A stretch of DNA of 64,000 bases from Octopus sinensis (taxonomy: Eukaryota): contig NC_042998.1 of assembly GCF_006345805.1 (NCBI RefSeq), forward strand, positions 3,906,001 to 3,970,000, in the 5' to 3' direction. Of the stretch, positions 24,401-36,365 are shown in pieces (position 1 is the stretch's first letter; each line of letters opens with the position of its first letter). Position numbers and translations under genes: made by a program. Below the pieces are notes generated by a model. That model saw only the letters and a program-made list of their open reading frames with translations, was not told the origin of the DNA and made no database searches.

Positions 24401-25268
24401 TGTACCAAATTCTAAAAAAATATAATGGTTTTTCTTATATATATTTTTGTTTTCCTTAAGTTAAAATTTTGCTCTCAAATTGCTGATCGATCGATCCATC
24501 ATCCTGTTCCTCGGATCTCGAGATATAAAGATGGACAAAGTGTTGTAAGCATTTTGTCCAGCCTTCCAACCGTTCTGGCAGCCTTACAATTCTGCAATAA
24601 TAATCCTTTCTACAATAGGCAGCAGGTCTGAAATTTTAGGGAAATGGGCTAGTCGATTACATTGACCGCAGTGTTTTACTGGTACTTATTTAATCGACCC
24701 TGAATGGATAAAAGGCAACGTCGACCTTGATGGCATTTGAACTCAGAACGTAAAGACGGACGAGATGCCGCTAAGCATTTTGTCCATCGTGCTAACGATT
24801 CTGCCAGCTCGCCGCCTTAGAATTCTGTAATAATGATGGTTTCTAATTTAGGAACAAGGCTAGCAATTTTGAGGTGGGTTTTTTTTTTTGGTATCAATCC
24901 CAGTACCTTAGATACCAGCAACCCCAGTAAATGATTGATCTCAAAACGTAAACTGATATTTGATTGTACCGACACTAGAAAGTATAAAAGGGCATAACTT
25001 AATATTAGCAGGATTTGAACTTAGAATATAAAGATCTGCAACAAATATCGCAAAGCATTTTTGCCCGATATTCTGCCGATCCTGCCAGCTGGGCATCATG
25101 GTTTCTAATTTAGAAACAAGCCCGGCAGTTTTGGGGGTGAGGGGATTTAGTCTGCGCCTTCAGCTTCAGAACTTGGCTGCTAGTAATTTTATCACATCCG
25201 AAAAAGTGAAAAGCAATGTCAACTTGATCATTATTTGAACTCAAAGCGTTAGGTGCTGTTATTAAATA

Positions 25269-25684
25269 CCTATTTCTTTACTACCCACATGGGGCTAAAC
25301 ACAGAGAAGACAAACAAGGACAGACAAACGGATTAAGTCGATTATATCGACCCCAGTGCGTAACTGGTACTTATTTAATCGACCCCGAAAGGATGAAAGG
25401 CAAAGTCGACCTGGCGGAATTTGAACTCAGAACGTGGCGGCAGACGAAATACCCATTTCTTTACTACCCACAAGGGGCTAAACACAGAGAGGACAAACAA
25501 GGACAGACAAACGGATTAAGACGATTATATCGACCCCAGTGCGTAACTGGTACTTATTTAATCGACCCCGAAAGGATGAAAGGCAAAGTCGACCTCGGCG
25601 GAATTTGAACTCAGAACGTAGCGACAGACGAAATACCGCTGAGCATTTCGTCCAGCTCGCTAACGATACTGCCAACTCGCCGCC
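25269..25684 (-). mobile_element. Family B SINE dimer with 15-bp TSD
   Basis: TSD TGCTGTT(A/G)TTAAATA at 25254-68 and 25694-708. Confidence 0.85.
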
Positions 25685-26154
25685 TTTATTAAATGCTGTT
25701 GTTAAATATCGCAAGATATTTTTGTCGAGTACTCTGCCGATTCTACTAATGTAAATAAAAATGGAATTCTCACGGCGGAAACACCTTTGACTATAGGTTT
25801 TTCTATCGGAACTGACCTTGGAGCTTAACAACAAATAGATACCACAGCCAACTCATTTCCTCATAACTGAACATTAATGCCATCAACAATCAGAAAATTT
25901 CAAGTTCGGCGATATTGAATGAGAAACAGACTCAACAGCGCTCGTAGGATTCCCGTAAATAAGAAAATAAGCAACATAAATCGTAAATAGAGGTGGTTCA
26001 TCCGGATGATAAAGTCGGAATATATCTTGAAATATTGATGGACCGAGAATATTTATTGTCACACACACACTGAAAAATATATTTTTTGCAGTAATCTTCC
26101 GGTCCTGCCGTGAGTCTGTCTATCTATCTATCCGATACGTCTATGCATACACGT

Positions 26155-26208
<54 letters not shown>

Positions 26209-26689
26209 GCGTGCGCGCGCGCGCATGAACGTTGTGAAAGCGAATGGTTTAGATGTTGCACTCACAGTCGCAAGACAGTGGTTTCTATCCCTTGATCAGT
26301 GGTGTGTTGTAACCTTCAGCAAAACACTTCATTCCACGTTTCTGCAGTGAATTCAGCTGTAAACGGGTGAGCTTGCAGCGGACTGGCATTTCATTCAAGG
26401 AGAATGTTGCCCCGCCCGCCAAAACTGTGAGGTGGCATCATACGAAAGTTACAACAATGCATAGTAACGCATTATGACTAGCTGTGTAAAAGAACATTCG
26501 ATAGTCTGGTCGATAGTCACTAGCGCAGCTGGGGGTGGGGCGGTAAAGGCGGTCCGCTCCGAGCGGTACTTTTGGGCCTGCTGTGGGCAATATGTGGTTT
26601 TGTGTGAGGTCCGGGGCCGACAAACGGAAGGGGCTGCCCCAGGCAGGACACACGCTAGCTACGCTGGTAGATACAGTAATATACGTATG

Positions 26690-26870
26690 TATGAGGGGGT
26701 GTTGAAAAGTTCCTGACTTTGGGTAAAAGAACAGACAAGATTATCAGTTAATTAGGATTTTATTCAACATATTCCCCTCTCAGATTCACATACTTATTGC
26801 AGCGGTCCTTTAGTTTTTCTAAGTCCTGTAAAAGAACTCGGAAGTTGGGGCCTCCAACCAAGCACCCCCG
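26690..26870 (-). mobile_element. Mariner 3' end fragment (related copy at 32870-33075, + strand)
   Basis: TIR TATGAGGGGGTGTTGAAAAGTTCC; LEKLKDRCNKYVNLRGEYVE. Confidence 0.8.
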
Positions 26871-27070
26871 TGACCTCGTGAGTACCGCTGGCGATTTTTT
26901 TCCTCTGTCTTCCCTTCTCGGGATCTTTCCTTCTATGTTTCCAACGAAGAGCTCCGCTAGAAACGTTAAACCCTCCTTCTTTCCATCTTTCCTGAGCGTC
27001 CAATAATACTTTATTTGTTCCACGTCCTCGCGTTGCTGTGTTTTTTTTCTGTTTTCTTGTTTGGATTAAC
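26870..27070 (+). mobile_element. PLE-like repeat with mutated hammerhead, ending at (TA)n
   Basis: Homologous to about 15900-16075; motif at 26937-26971. Confidence 0.55.
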
Positions 27071-27116
<46 letters not shown>

Positions 27117-27319
27117 CGCGCGCACACATGAGAATGAGAGAAGGAAAGAGGGAGAGAAAGAGAGAGGGTGGGTTGGTGGTGGGTCATTAGTCTTATTGCT
27201 AGAAATTTGAACTTAACAGAACCATCCCTGAGAACAAATCCTTAAATAGTTACTGGACGAAGTGTCTCATAGTAGCTGTTTGTAAATAGCAGTAATTTCG
27301 CAATATTTTCCGTCTTTTA

Positions 27320-27708
27320 AGGCGGCGAGCTGGCAGAAACGTTAACACGCCGGGCGAAATGCGTAGCCGTATTTCGTCTGCCGTTACGTTCCGAGTTCAA
27401 ATTCCGCCGAGGTCGACTTTGCCTTTCATCGTTTCGGGGTCGATAAATTAAGTTATGCACTGGGATCGATATAATCGACTTAATCCGTTTGTCTGTCCTT
27501 GTTTGTCCTCTGTGTTTAGCCCCTTGTGGGTAGTAAAGAAATAGGTATTCGTCTGTCATTACGTTCTGAGTTCAAATTCCGCCGAGGCCGACTTTGCCTT
27601 TCGTCCTTTCGGAGGTCGATGAATTAAGTACCAGTTGCGTACTGCCGTCGATCTAATCGACTATCCCCCTCCCTCAAAATTTCGGGCCTTGTACCTAGAG
27701 CAGAAAAG
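27320..27708 (+). mobile_element. Fused family B SINE dimer with 18-bp TSD
   Basis: TSD AATATTTTCCGTCTTTTA at 27302-19 and 27709-26. Confidence 0.88.
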
Positions 27709-28814
27709 AATATTTTCCGTCTTTTAGTGTAATCTGTCTGTGATAGAATTCCGTCTTCGTTCAGTTCATCGCTGCCGTACTGGAACTTTTCATTTTGTTA
27801 ATCCAGTTACTAACCTCCTATTAAGAACTTTTGCGCCTAGTGGTACATGTTTGTTTTTTTTTTTTTTTTGTATATTCTCTGTAATCCGCACCCTCTCTCG
27901 TATTCTTCTGACTGATATTCTCACGACTATCAAAAACGTTAATGATATAATCTCTCCGACGAAGAAGAAGAATTTCGACATTCTTGTTTCCCCAAGGCAT
28001 GAAACCATATACAAATTCATAAACTTTACTAAATAATGAAGACCAAGAATAACTTAACATATTTAATCATCTAAAATATAAAAGCAAATCCAAAGACTCA
28101 ATCTTAGTGATATCGCAAACAAATTCAATAGAATCAACTTGAGAGAAAGTTATCCGAAACTGCATAATCCATATTGCTTTCTATTGAAGACTTTAATTTT
28201 GAAATATTGCATTTGAAGTTGCTTTTAAATTGAAAAAAAAAAAAATGGTATTAGTTATATGATTTTATGTGAGAAAATTGCCGATGATATTGGTAATAAA
28301 TATTTCCAATAGTTTAATAAATGTTGCCGTAGAATATGCAATGTTATGTCACTGTGTAAACTGCTGGATATATTTCTCGCATATTTTCCAAATTTAATTA
28401 TATTTTATAGTAAACAAATCTACCTTTTAATAGTTGACAGAGGCTTTCCAAAGAAAAAAACAAAACAAAAGAAAACTGGAGGTAATGCAACAATGATCAG
28501 TAAAATACTAGCGTGATTTCAAGACTTAACTAAACGAGAATGTATGACTAAATATGATTGTGATAAATCTGTCGTTCATCTCGGAGAATTCAATTATTCG
28601 ATCAACTGATTTACCTGCCCCTAAATTAACAGGTATGCTTAATGCGGCTGTCATGCAGAATGTGTTTTTCCTGTGAGCAGAACCGATAGAGTTCTCAAAC
28701 TTTTCAAGAAATTTTACAAGCCTTGAAGGAGAGTTGGGGTTTTGAGTTTCAATGATAAAAATGGATGATAGCATACGAAAAATTTGAAGTCTTAAAATTT
28801 AAAACCTTTGTCTC

Positions 28815-29553
28815 AAGACAAACAAATTAAGTCGATTATATCGACCTCAGTGCGTAACTGGTACTAGTTTAATCGACCCCGAAAGGATGAAAGGCAAAGT
28901 CGACCTCGGCGGAATTTGAACTCCGTAGCGGCTGACGAAATACCGCTAAGCATTTCGTCCGACGTGCTAACGATTCTGCCAGCTCGCCGCCTAAGACAGA
29001 CGAAATACCTATTTCTTTACTACTCACAAAGGGCAGGACAGACAAAGGGATTAAGTCGATTATATCGGCCCCGAAAGTGTAAGGGTCCCCTTACACTTTT
29101 TTCGATGATTCGCGGCCTCTATAACCTGCAGGATAATTAACAAGGAAAAAATTACATACATTCGTGTACCCTGATTTCCGGACTATGAAGCGGGATGAGA
29201 ATGGGTGTATGGCAAAGGGCAAGCTCATGCGGGAACATGCACCGGTGAAGATAACGACGGCGAGAGACACGCAAACGTGTGGATTGCAATTTGGCGTGGT
29301 GAATCATATAAGCGTTGAATACCTATTTCTTTATTACCCACAAGGGGCTAAACATAGAGGGGACAAACAAGGACAGACAAACGGATTAAGTCGATTATAT
29401 TGACCCCAGTGCGTAACTGGTACTTAATTTATCGACCCCGAAAGGATGAAAGGCAAAGTCGACCTCGGCGGAATTTGAACTCACAACGTAACGCAGACGA
29501 AATACCGCTAAGCATTTCGCCCGGCGTGCTAACGATTCTGCCAGCTCGCCGCC
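28815..29553 (-). mobile_element. Cluster of family B SINE copies and fragments
   Basis: Cores at about 28820-28990, 28995-29070 and 29318-29553. Confidence 0.8.
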
Positions 29554-32500
29554 TTCGTTGAATACCGACAGCACATGCACGATCAACCGTTATACCCACA
29601 TATTTTCCATCGGACAATCACACCTGTTGCACCACAAGTGTGATTATCAAATGATCATGTAGGATAGGCGTTGGGTTTTGGGGTCAATGATAAAAAAAAG
29701 GATGATAGCATGCGAAAAATTTAAAGTTTTAAAATTTTAAAACTTCACTGTCTCAAGCCACCCGTTTTCATGATACTTCAACGTCCCTTAGCAGTCCCTT
29801 TAAAATCGCTTTGCGGTCCTCTAGAGAACCGCGGAGCTCAGTTTGAGAATCATCATGATAGAGCGTCGGATAGATGACTGCAACAATCGTTCCAGCTGTG
29901 TACGATCGGCGTTAAAATTACGCATAGATCACCTTTGCCTTTCGGCCTAAATGAAGTACTACCAGTTCTTCTTCTTTCTCGCTATCTCTCAGTTTCTAGA
30001 AAGGACCGGCTGGAGATGAGCGGGCTTCTGCTGGTCTAATTAAAAGCTTAAGACATGTCGAATGTCATTACGGCACCCCTTCAACTACATCCGGAACTCG
30101 GGGTCTATAACATTGAATAGCAGTGTGCGACAATACTATACCGTTTGACTTACAGGTACAGTCCACTCGCTGGGCTTCTATATAGTTTTTTTCTATTGTA
30201 TCTCCCTCACAGAGTATGGATCAAACTACGGCTATGGAACATGCCATTCACCCAAGATACCACGCAGTGAGATCGAATCCGGAACCTCGTGGTTGTGAAA
30301 CGAACTTATTCATTCGGCTACATTTGACCAACGATTAAAATATAGTATATAACTAAAATAAGTTTGAAGGTATTAATAATTAAGTTTTCTGAATTATATC
30401 CATCGTTTTTATTCAAATGTTCTTTCTAGTACTTATACATCATCGTCCTTTCTAGTACTGAATACTTGACGGTGAGGTACCTGAAGTTTTATGATGTCAG
30501 ATAAGTGAAATGCATTGATTAGTTTGTTTGTTTTTTTGTAATAAAAAGGTGGAGTCGTTCCCACGTTGGGCAAAATGTTTAGCGACATTTCGTCAGGCTT
30601 CACGTTCTGAGTCTAAGTGTAACAGAGGTTGAACTTTCCTCATTCTTTCGGATTCGAGCACTGGGTCGATGTAATCGATTAGACCCCGCCACCCAAATTT
30701 CAGGTCTTGTACTTAAAGTAGAACGAATTATTTTTTCTAATAAAGATAAAGAATGTTTGAGGAGTCTTTTGGTCTATAACAGCAGAAATATTTAATTAGG
30801 TTTATATTTTATATGAAAATTCATTTCCAAGAATGAATTTTAAAAAATCAGGAAATAGAGAAATTACTGCATCGATATTGTGAGTTCCTTTCTCTACTTC
30901 ATATAAAATAGTTCTAATGATCGTGGTTACTATAGACACAGAACCTGAAATTGGGGCGGGGGTGGGGAGTGGGATAGTCGATTACACCGACCTTGATGAT
31001 CAACTGACTTCATAGACTTGGAAAGAATGGAAAGCAAACTCGATCACAGCGGAATTCGAACTCAGAACATAAAGACAGACGAAATGTCGTTCAGTACTTC
31101 GTCCAGTGTACTAACGACACTGCCTCTTACTGCCTTTTTAATTAGTTTTCAAGTAATTATAATTATTCTAATTTTGGCACAAATACGCTGACGATTCCGC
31201 CAGCTCGCCATCTAAGATGACTCTAGTAATGGAATCCAAATCCATTATTTGCAAGTGATAAGTTTGGCAGCCTAAACAATGTTATTCATTTAATTTTTAT
31301 CGTTAGTAAGCTTAAGATAAAATTTGATTATCTCCCTAAAATACTTTCCAATTTGAGAAAGAATGAAAGCCGTACACTTACAATTCTCTTCTCTAAATCC
31401 TACTAACCTTAATTCCTCATAAATTTTCAACAGCAAAATTGATAGTAGCTCACATTATTTAAACAGCGATTTTTGTTATTTCCATATTCCCCACTCACTT
31501 TCTTTGACGTTTATTTTAAGCAAGCTTTCTGAATTGCCAACGAAAGCTTGCTAAATAACAATTCTGCATTATCTTAAATTTCACCTATACATATTAAATA
31601 GATGGAATTTACTCCTGTCCAATAATTTCTAATAAATTTACTATCCATAAATTCTTGATTACCTCGTCTGCCATAGTAACAGGAAAATAAACAGTATTTG
31701 TCATTTGGTCTTTGGCATTCGCTGCAGATTTCCATATAAGGTAAAGCTTGACATCTGTACTGGCTTCAATAGCTTTTATTTTCAAATATTGTTATTAAGT
31801 TATCTTGTAGAGCATTAAATCTAAAAATGAGGCAGGTGTTAGAACAAAACATCAAAATGATTAATATTAGCAGAGATATCAAGCATAGTGTTTCAGGGAA
31901 CCAATTATTCTTTTCCAAAATCATTTCTAAATGATTATGTATAAATTATTATCATTATGAACGTGATCGTCATCATTATGAGCACCATTTTCGTCGTCAC
32001 CTCCACAATCACTACCGCAATAGTCTCTATCACTATCCTCCTCCTCCTTATTATTACCATTATTATTATTATTTTCTTAAGTTGCTTCATTTATGTTATT
32101 TTTTTTCTCTCAAAAATCATATTCTGATTTTTAAAATTTAAATTGCCTTACACCTTTCCTTTAAATTAGGAACATTGGTGAATAAAGTATAATATAAAAT
32201 TGCACTCTTACTAATATAATGTGACATTAATTTTCATTTTGCTAGAAGTACGTCTGTTGGAAAAGGAACTATTGAAATTGTCAGAAAGGGTACGATTTTT
32301 TGCTGGCAAAAAATTTCTGTTGATTAACTTTATCACGTTGGAATAACATTTTATTGGAATTTAATTTTTTAAAAAGTGTTTTTGTTTTACGCTCATGTTT
32401 TGTTTGAGTTATATGGACAGACAAATAACATGAAGTTTTCCAACAAATTGTATTATTTTTTTATTTGGATATGTTTTCTAAGCTCGTTATTTAAATATAA

Positions 32501-32830
32501 ATTCAGAATACTATCTTAGTAACTATTACTTTGTAGCTTGAATTTTAAGTTCAATCTCTAATGAAGTTTAAACATTAGCAATCATCTTTCGTATCGTATC
32601 TTCTACTTGTTTTAGTTATTGAACTGCGACCATACTGGAACTCCACCTTGAGTAATTTAGTCGAAAAAATCCACTCCTGTACATAATTTTAAGTCTGGTA
32701 CTTATTCTATCAGTCTCTTTTGTCGAACCGCTACAGTACGGGGGCGTAAACAAAGCGACACTGGCCATCAAATGAGGTGGGATACAAAGACACACATCAC
32801 ACATTTTTGAGCCCTTGGAATCATAAGACC

Positions 32831-32865
<35 letters not shown>

Positions 32866-33199
32866 GATGGGATACTAAAAAGTGCTCAGTTTTAAGGGTA
32901 TGACAAAAGGCCTGGTTGGGGGCCCAAACTTCCGAGTTCTTTTACAGGGCTCAGAAAAACTGAAGGACTGTTGCAATAAGTGTGTGAATCTCTGATGGGA
33001 ATACGTTGAATAAATCATAATTAACTGATCTTCCTGTATTTTCTTTTACCCAGTATCACAACCTTTTCAATAAATATTGGTTTTTGGTGAAGGTGTGAGT
33101 TTCATATTACTGTCCTCGCTTGAGCTTCTTGCCGTGATGTAGGCTCATCTGAGATCTTGAGCATTAATTTTCATTTTGTTCTTTGTTGCTCCTTGAAAA

Positions 33200-33410
33200 C
33201 ATCTACCTCAACTCCATGTAGACCTCTATAACAAGATTAAATAAACGTGGGCCTTTGAATCCCAAGCTATGACAGTACCAGGTCCTTATTCTGTACTGGT
33301 TGGGTGGGAGTTTTGGAACAATGCTGTAACCTCCTGTTTGGGGGCTTGTATAACGCGTGACACCAAAGTTTGATACCAACTTCTCTAGGATCTTCCATAT
33401 GTGTATTATA
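33200..33410 (-). mobile_element. CR1/L2-like LINE C-terminal fragment
   Basis: YIIHIWKILEKLVSNFG...VPKLP...YCHSLGFKGPRLFN. Confidence 0.7.
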
Positions 33411-33435
33411 TAAAGATGTATACATGTGAAGGCCC

Positions 33436-33710
33436 ATGGCTCAGTGGTTAGAGCACCAAGTTCATAATCATGAGGTAGTGAGTATGATTCCCGGACCGAG
33501 CTGTGTATTGTGTTATTTAGCAACACACTTTATTTCACGTTGCGACGTCACTGGTGCCAAGCTGTATCAGCCTATGCTTTTCCATTGGATAATATTGGTG
33601 ACATGGAGAGGGAAAACTGGTATGCGTGGGCAACTGCTGGTCTTCCACAAACAACCTTACCCGGGTTTGAAGGTACAATCCCAAAGTCATTCATGACCGA
33701 AGGGGTCAAT
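33436..33710 (+). mobile_element. tRNA-derived SINE, family D (related copies about 46130-46350 and 50290-50585 on minus, 26229-26560 on plus)
   Basis: Head ATGGCTCAGTGGTTAGAG...GATTCCCGGACC. Confidence 0.7.
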
Positions 33711-33789
33711 AATATGCATATGTATATCTATATATGTATATTTATTTAGCATGTGTATGCATATTACATGTATGTGCGTATGTTCTTTA

Positions 33790-34245
33790 TTATATTGGTT
33801 CATCCCATAAATAATGCGATTTTTTATACTTTTATTTTTCAAAATTAAGATAAAGTTATTTTTAAATCTAAAATATACTCTCCTTCATCCTTTACAATGC
33901 TCTACCATCTATCTGGTAGACTCACAAGGCCCCTTCTTCTAGAATTCACTCGTCCGTGACGAGAAATACTCCTCCAGTACTGTTCTGACCTCGTCTATAG
34001 AATTCATATTTTTCTGTCCAAATCAGATGGGGCAATGTCTGGCGAATATGGTGGGTGGGCATCGTTTCCCATTCAAACAGCCTTTGGAATGTCATCCTCG
34101 CTGTATGTGGCCGAGTATTATCCAGATGGAAGAACACCTTTCACCTTGAAACCAAAGGTGGTCATTTTTCTTCTAGCGCTAACTTGAACGACAAAATTCG
34201 AGCTACTCTGCTAGTTCCTCAACGGTTACGATGGGATTTTGTTCC
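33790..34245 (-). mobile_element. Mariner DDD transposase fragment with terminal repeat
   Basis: FHLDNTRPHTARMT motif; TIR-like TATTGGTTCATCCCATAAATAATGCG. Confidence 0.8.
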
Positions 34246-34249
34246 ACAT

Positions 34250-35330
34250 CTTTCGTGCGTGAGTGTGTGTATGCGTCTCTATGTGAGTATGTTTGTGTTG
34301 TTATAATTATCCTGGTGGTGTATGTGTGTGATTGGTATTTGTCAGGGTGTTGTCTGTCTGTATGTGTTTGTTTGCGTGTGTGTATGTGTGCGTCTGTGTG
34401 ATTATGTGTGTACGTGAGTGTGTGTGAGTGTGTGTGTGAGTATGTTTGTGTTATAATTGTCCTTGTGGTGTGTGTGTGTGAGCAACCGTATGTGTGTGAG
34501 TGTGTTGTATTTATCAGGGGTTCTGTGTGTGTCCGTGTGTGTTGGGTTTATCTGGGTGGTGTGTATGTGTGTAAGTTCTATGCATGTTGGTACTGAGCAT
34601 GCGTTTGTATATGTGTGTGTATATATGTGGGTATGGTTTATGTAGTTTCCGGTGTGTGTGTGCTGTATTTGTGAGTGATTTGTTTTGTTTGTATTGTTAG
34701 TGCAGTGTGTGTGTGTGTATACGTGTGGATGTGTGAGTGTGTCTATGTGTCTTGTATTTGTCGGGGAGGTGCGTGTCTGTGTGTGTGCATGCTTGTGTGT
34801 ATGTGTGTATGTCAGTGTTTGTTGTGATTGTATTGTGAGTATGTGTTTTTTTCTTTTGAGTGTGTGTGTGTGTGTGTGTGATTTTTTACTGGGGAACGTA
34901 CGTATTGTGTTTGGTAATGTATACATATGTGTGCATATATGCGTGTGTGTTTGTATGAGTTGTGTTGTATTTGCGTGTTTGTGTGTGTATCTGTATATGT
35001 GGGTGTGTTTGTGTGAATGTGATTTTTGATTGTCAGGGCGGTGTGTGTAGGTGTGTGCATATACATGTTTATGTGTGTGTGTATGGGTGTGAGTTGGTTA
35101 TGGTTGCTAGAATCGTGTTGCAAGTGTATATATGTATGTGTTTTGTTCTTGGAATGTGTGTGTCAGTTTGTGTTCTAGTGTGGGGATATTGCGTTTGTGC
35201 GTGTGTGTATATGCATGTGTGAGTGTTTGCGTGGGAGGTTTGCATTGTATTTATGTGTGTGTGATTTTGTACATCTGTATGTGTTTCTGTATATGCTTGT
35301 TGTGAGTGTGTACCTGGGGGGAGGGGGGAA
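34250..35330. repeat. Degenerate TG/CA-rich low-complexity tract (probable 3' region of the adjacent PLE)
   Basis: About 1.1 kb of imperfect TG repeats; its ORFs are artefacts. Confidence 0.85.
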
Positions 35331-35334
35331 TATG

Positions 35335-35590
35335 TTAGAGTATGTTGAGTTGTGGTCTGTATTTTTGGATAAGATTATTTTCTCTATTTATTCGTGTTTG
35401 GTTAGTGGTGTTGTCTGGGCATTGGTATAACGGGAAAACTAGGAATTTCGGGGACTTGTTTTGTGTACAGAGATCTAAGTAACCATTAAGTGGTATCTGT
35501 CTTGTGGTGAGATCCTCAATTGTTAGCAGTGGACTGTCATCCTTTCTCTGAGGGTAAGGCTCGTTTGTTCTATGTAATCTTTGTGGCACT
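35335..35590 (-). mobile_element. Penelope-like GIY-YIG endonuclease C-terminal remnant
   Basis: QIPLNGYLDLC..KFLVFPLYQC...RINRENNLIQKYRPQLN resembles PLE ORF termini. Confidence 0.55.
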
Positions 35591-36011
35591 CTTCACAACT
35601 TATGGCACAAAGTAAATTCTTTGATGCGCAGGTGAAGTTATTTTTTACGACAAAAGTGTGGCCCGACTGAAATTTGTATATTATTCCTTATTTTGTAAAT
35701 TCTGAAATAGATCTCCTTCTGTGTATATATATTACCAAACAAACATGATTTTTATTGAACTCATAATACTTTTTGCTGAATACTTTCTTAAATACCCTCT
35801 TGTAATCTATTTTAAACATTTTCTTATTATTATCAAAGAATACACAACTGCATTTTAATACTTTTGTGATAATCAGTACTTAACACAACAAAGCTTATAC
35901 AAAGTTATACATTTTACTTTTGGCAATCTTTTTCTAAAAAAGTGAAACCGGTCAAGTAAATAAACAACTTTAAAATTTCATTTTCAAACCTTCTTTCATA
36001 TATATATATGT

Positions 36012-36365
36012 ACTCTTTTACTTGTTTCGGTCATTTGACCGCGGCCATGCTGGAGCACCACCTTTAGTCTAGTAAATCAACCCCAGGACTTCTTTGTAAG
36101 CCTCGTGCCTATTCTATCTTGCTCTTTGTCGAACCACTAAGTTACGGGGACGTAAACACACCAGCATCGGTTATCAAGTGATGTTTGGGAGACAAACACA
36201 GACACACACACATATATATACATACACGACGGACTTCTTTCAGTTGCCGTCTACAAAATCCACTGACAAGGCTTTAGTCGGCCCGAAGCTATAGAAGATA
36301 CTTTCCCAAGGTGCCACGCAGTAGGACTGAACCTGGAATCATGTGGTTAGTTAGCAAACTTCTTG
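36012..36365 (-). mobile_element. SINE family A
   Basis: Tail-to-head match on the minus strand. Confidence 0.88.

Noticed and set aside
34402-35430. C/V- or H/T-rich ORFs
   Set aside because: Low-complexity TG/CA tract.
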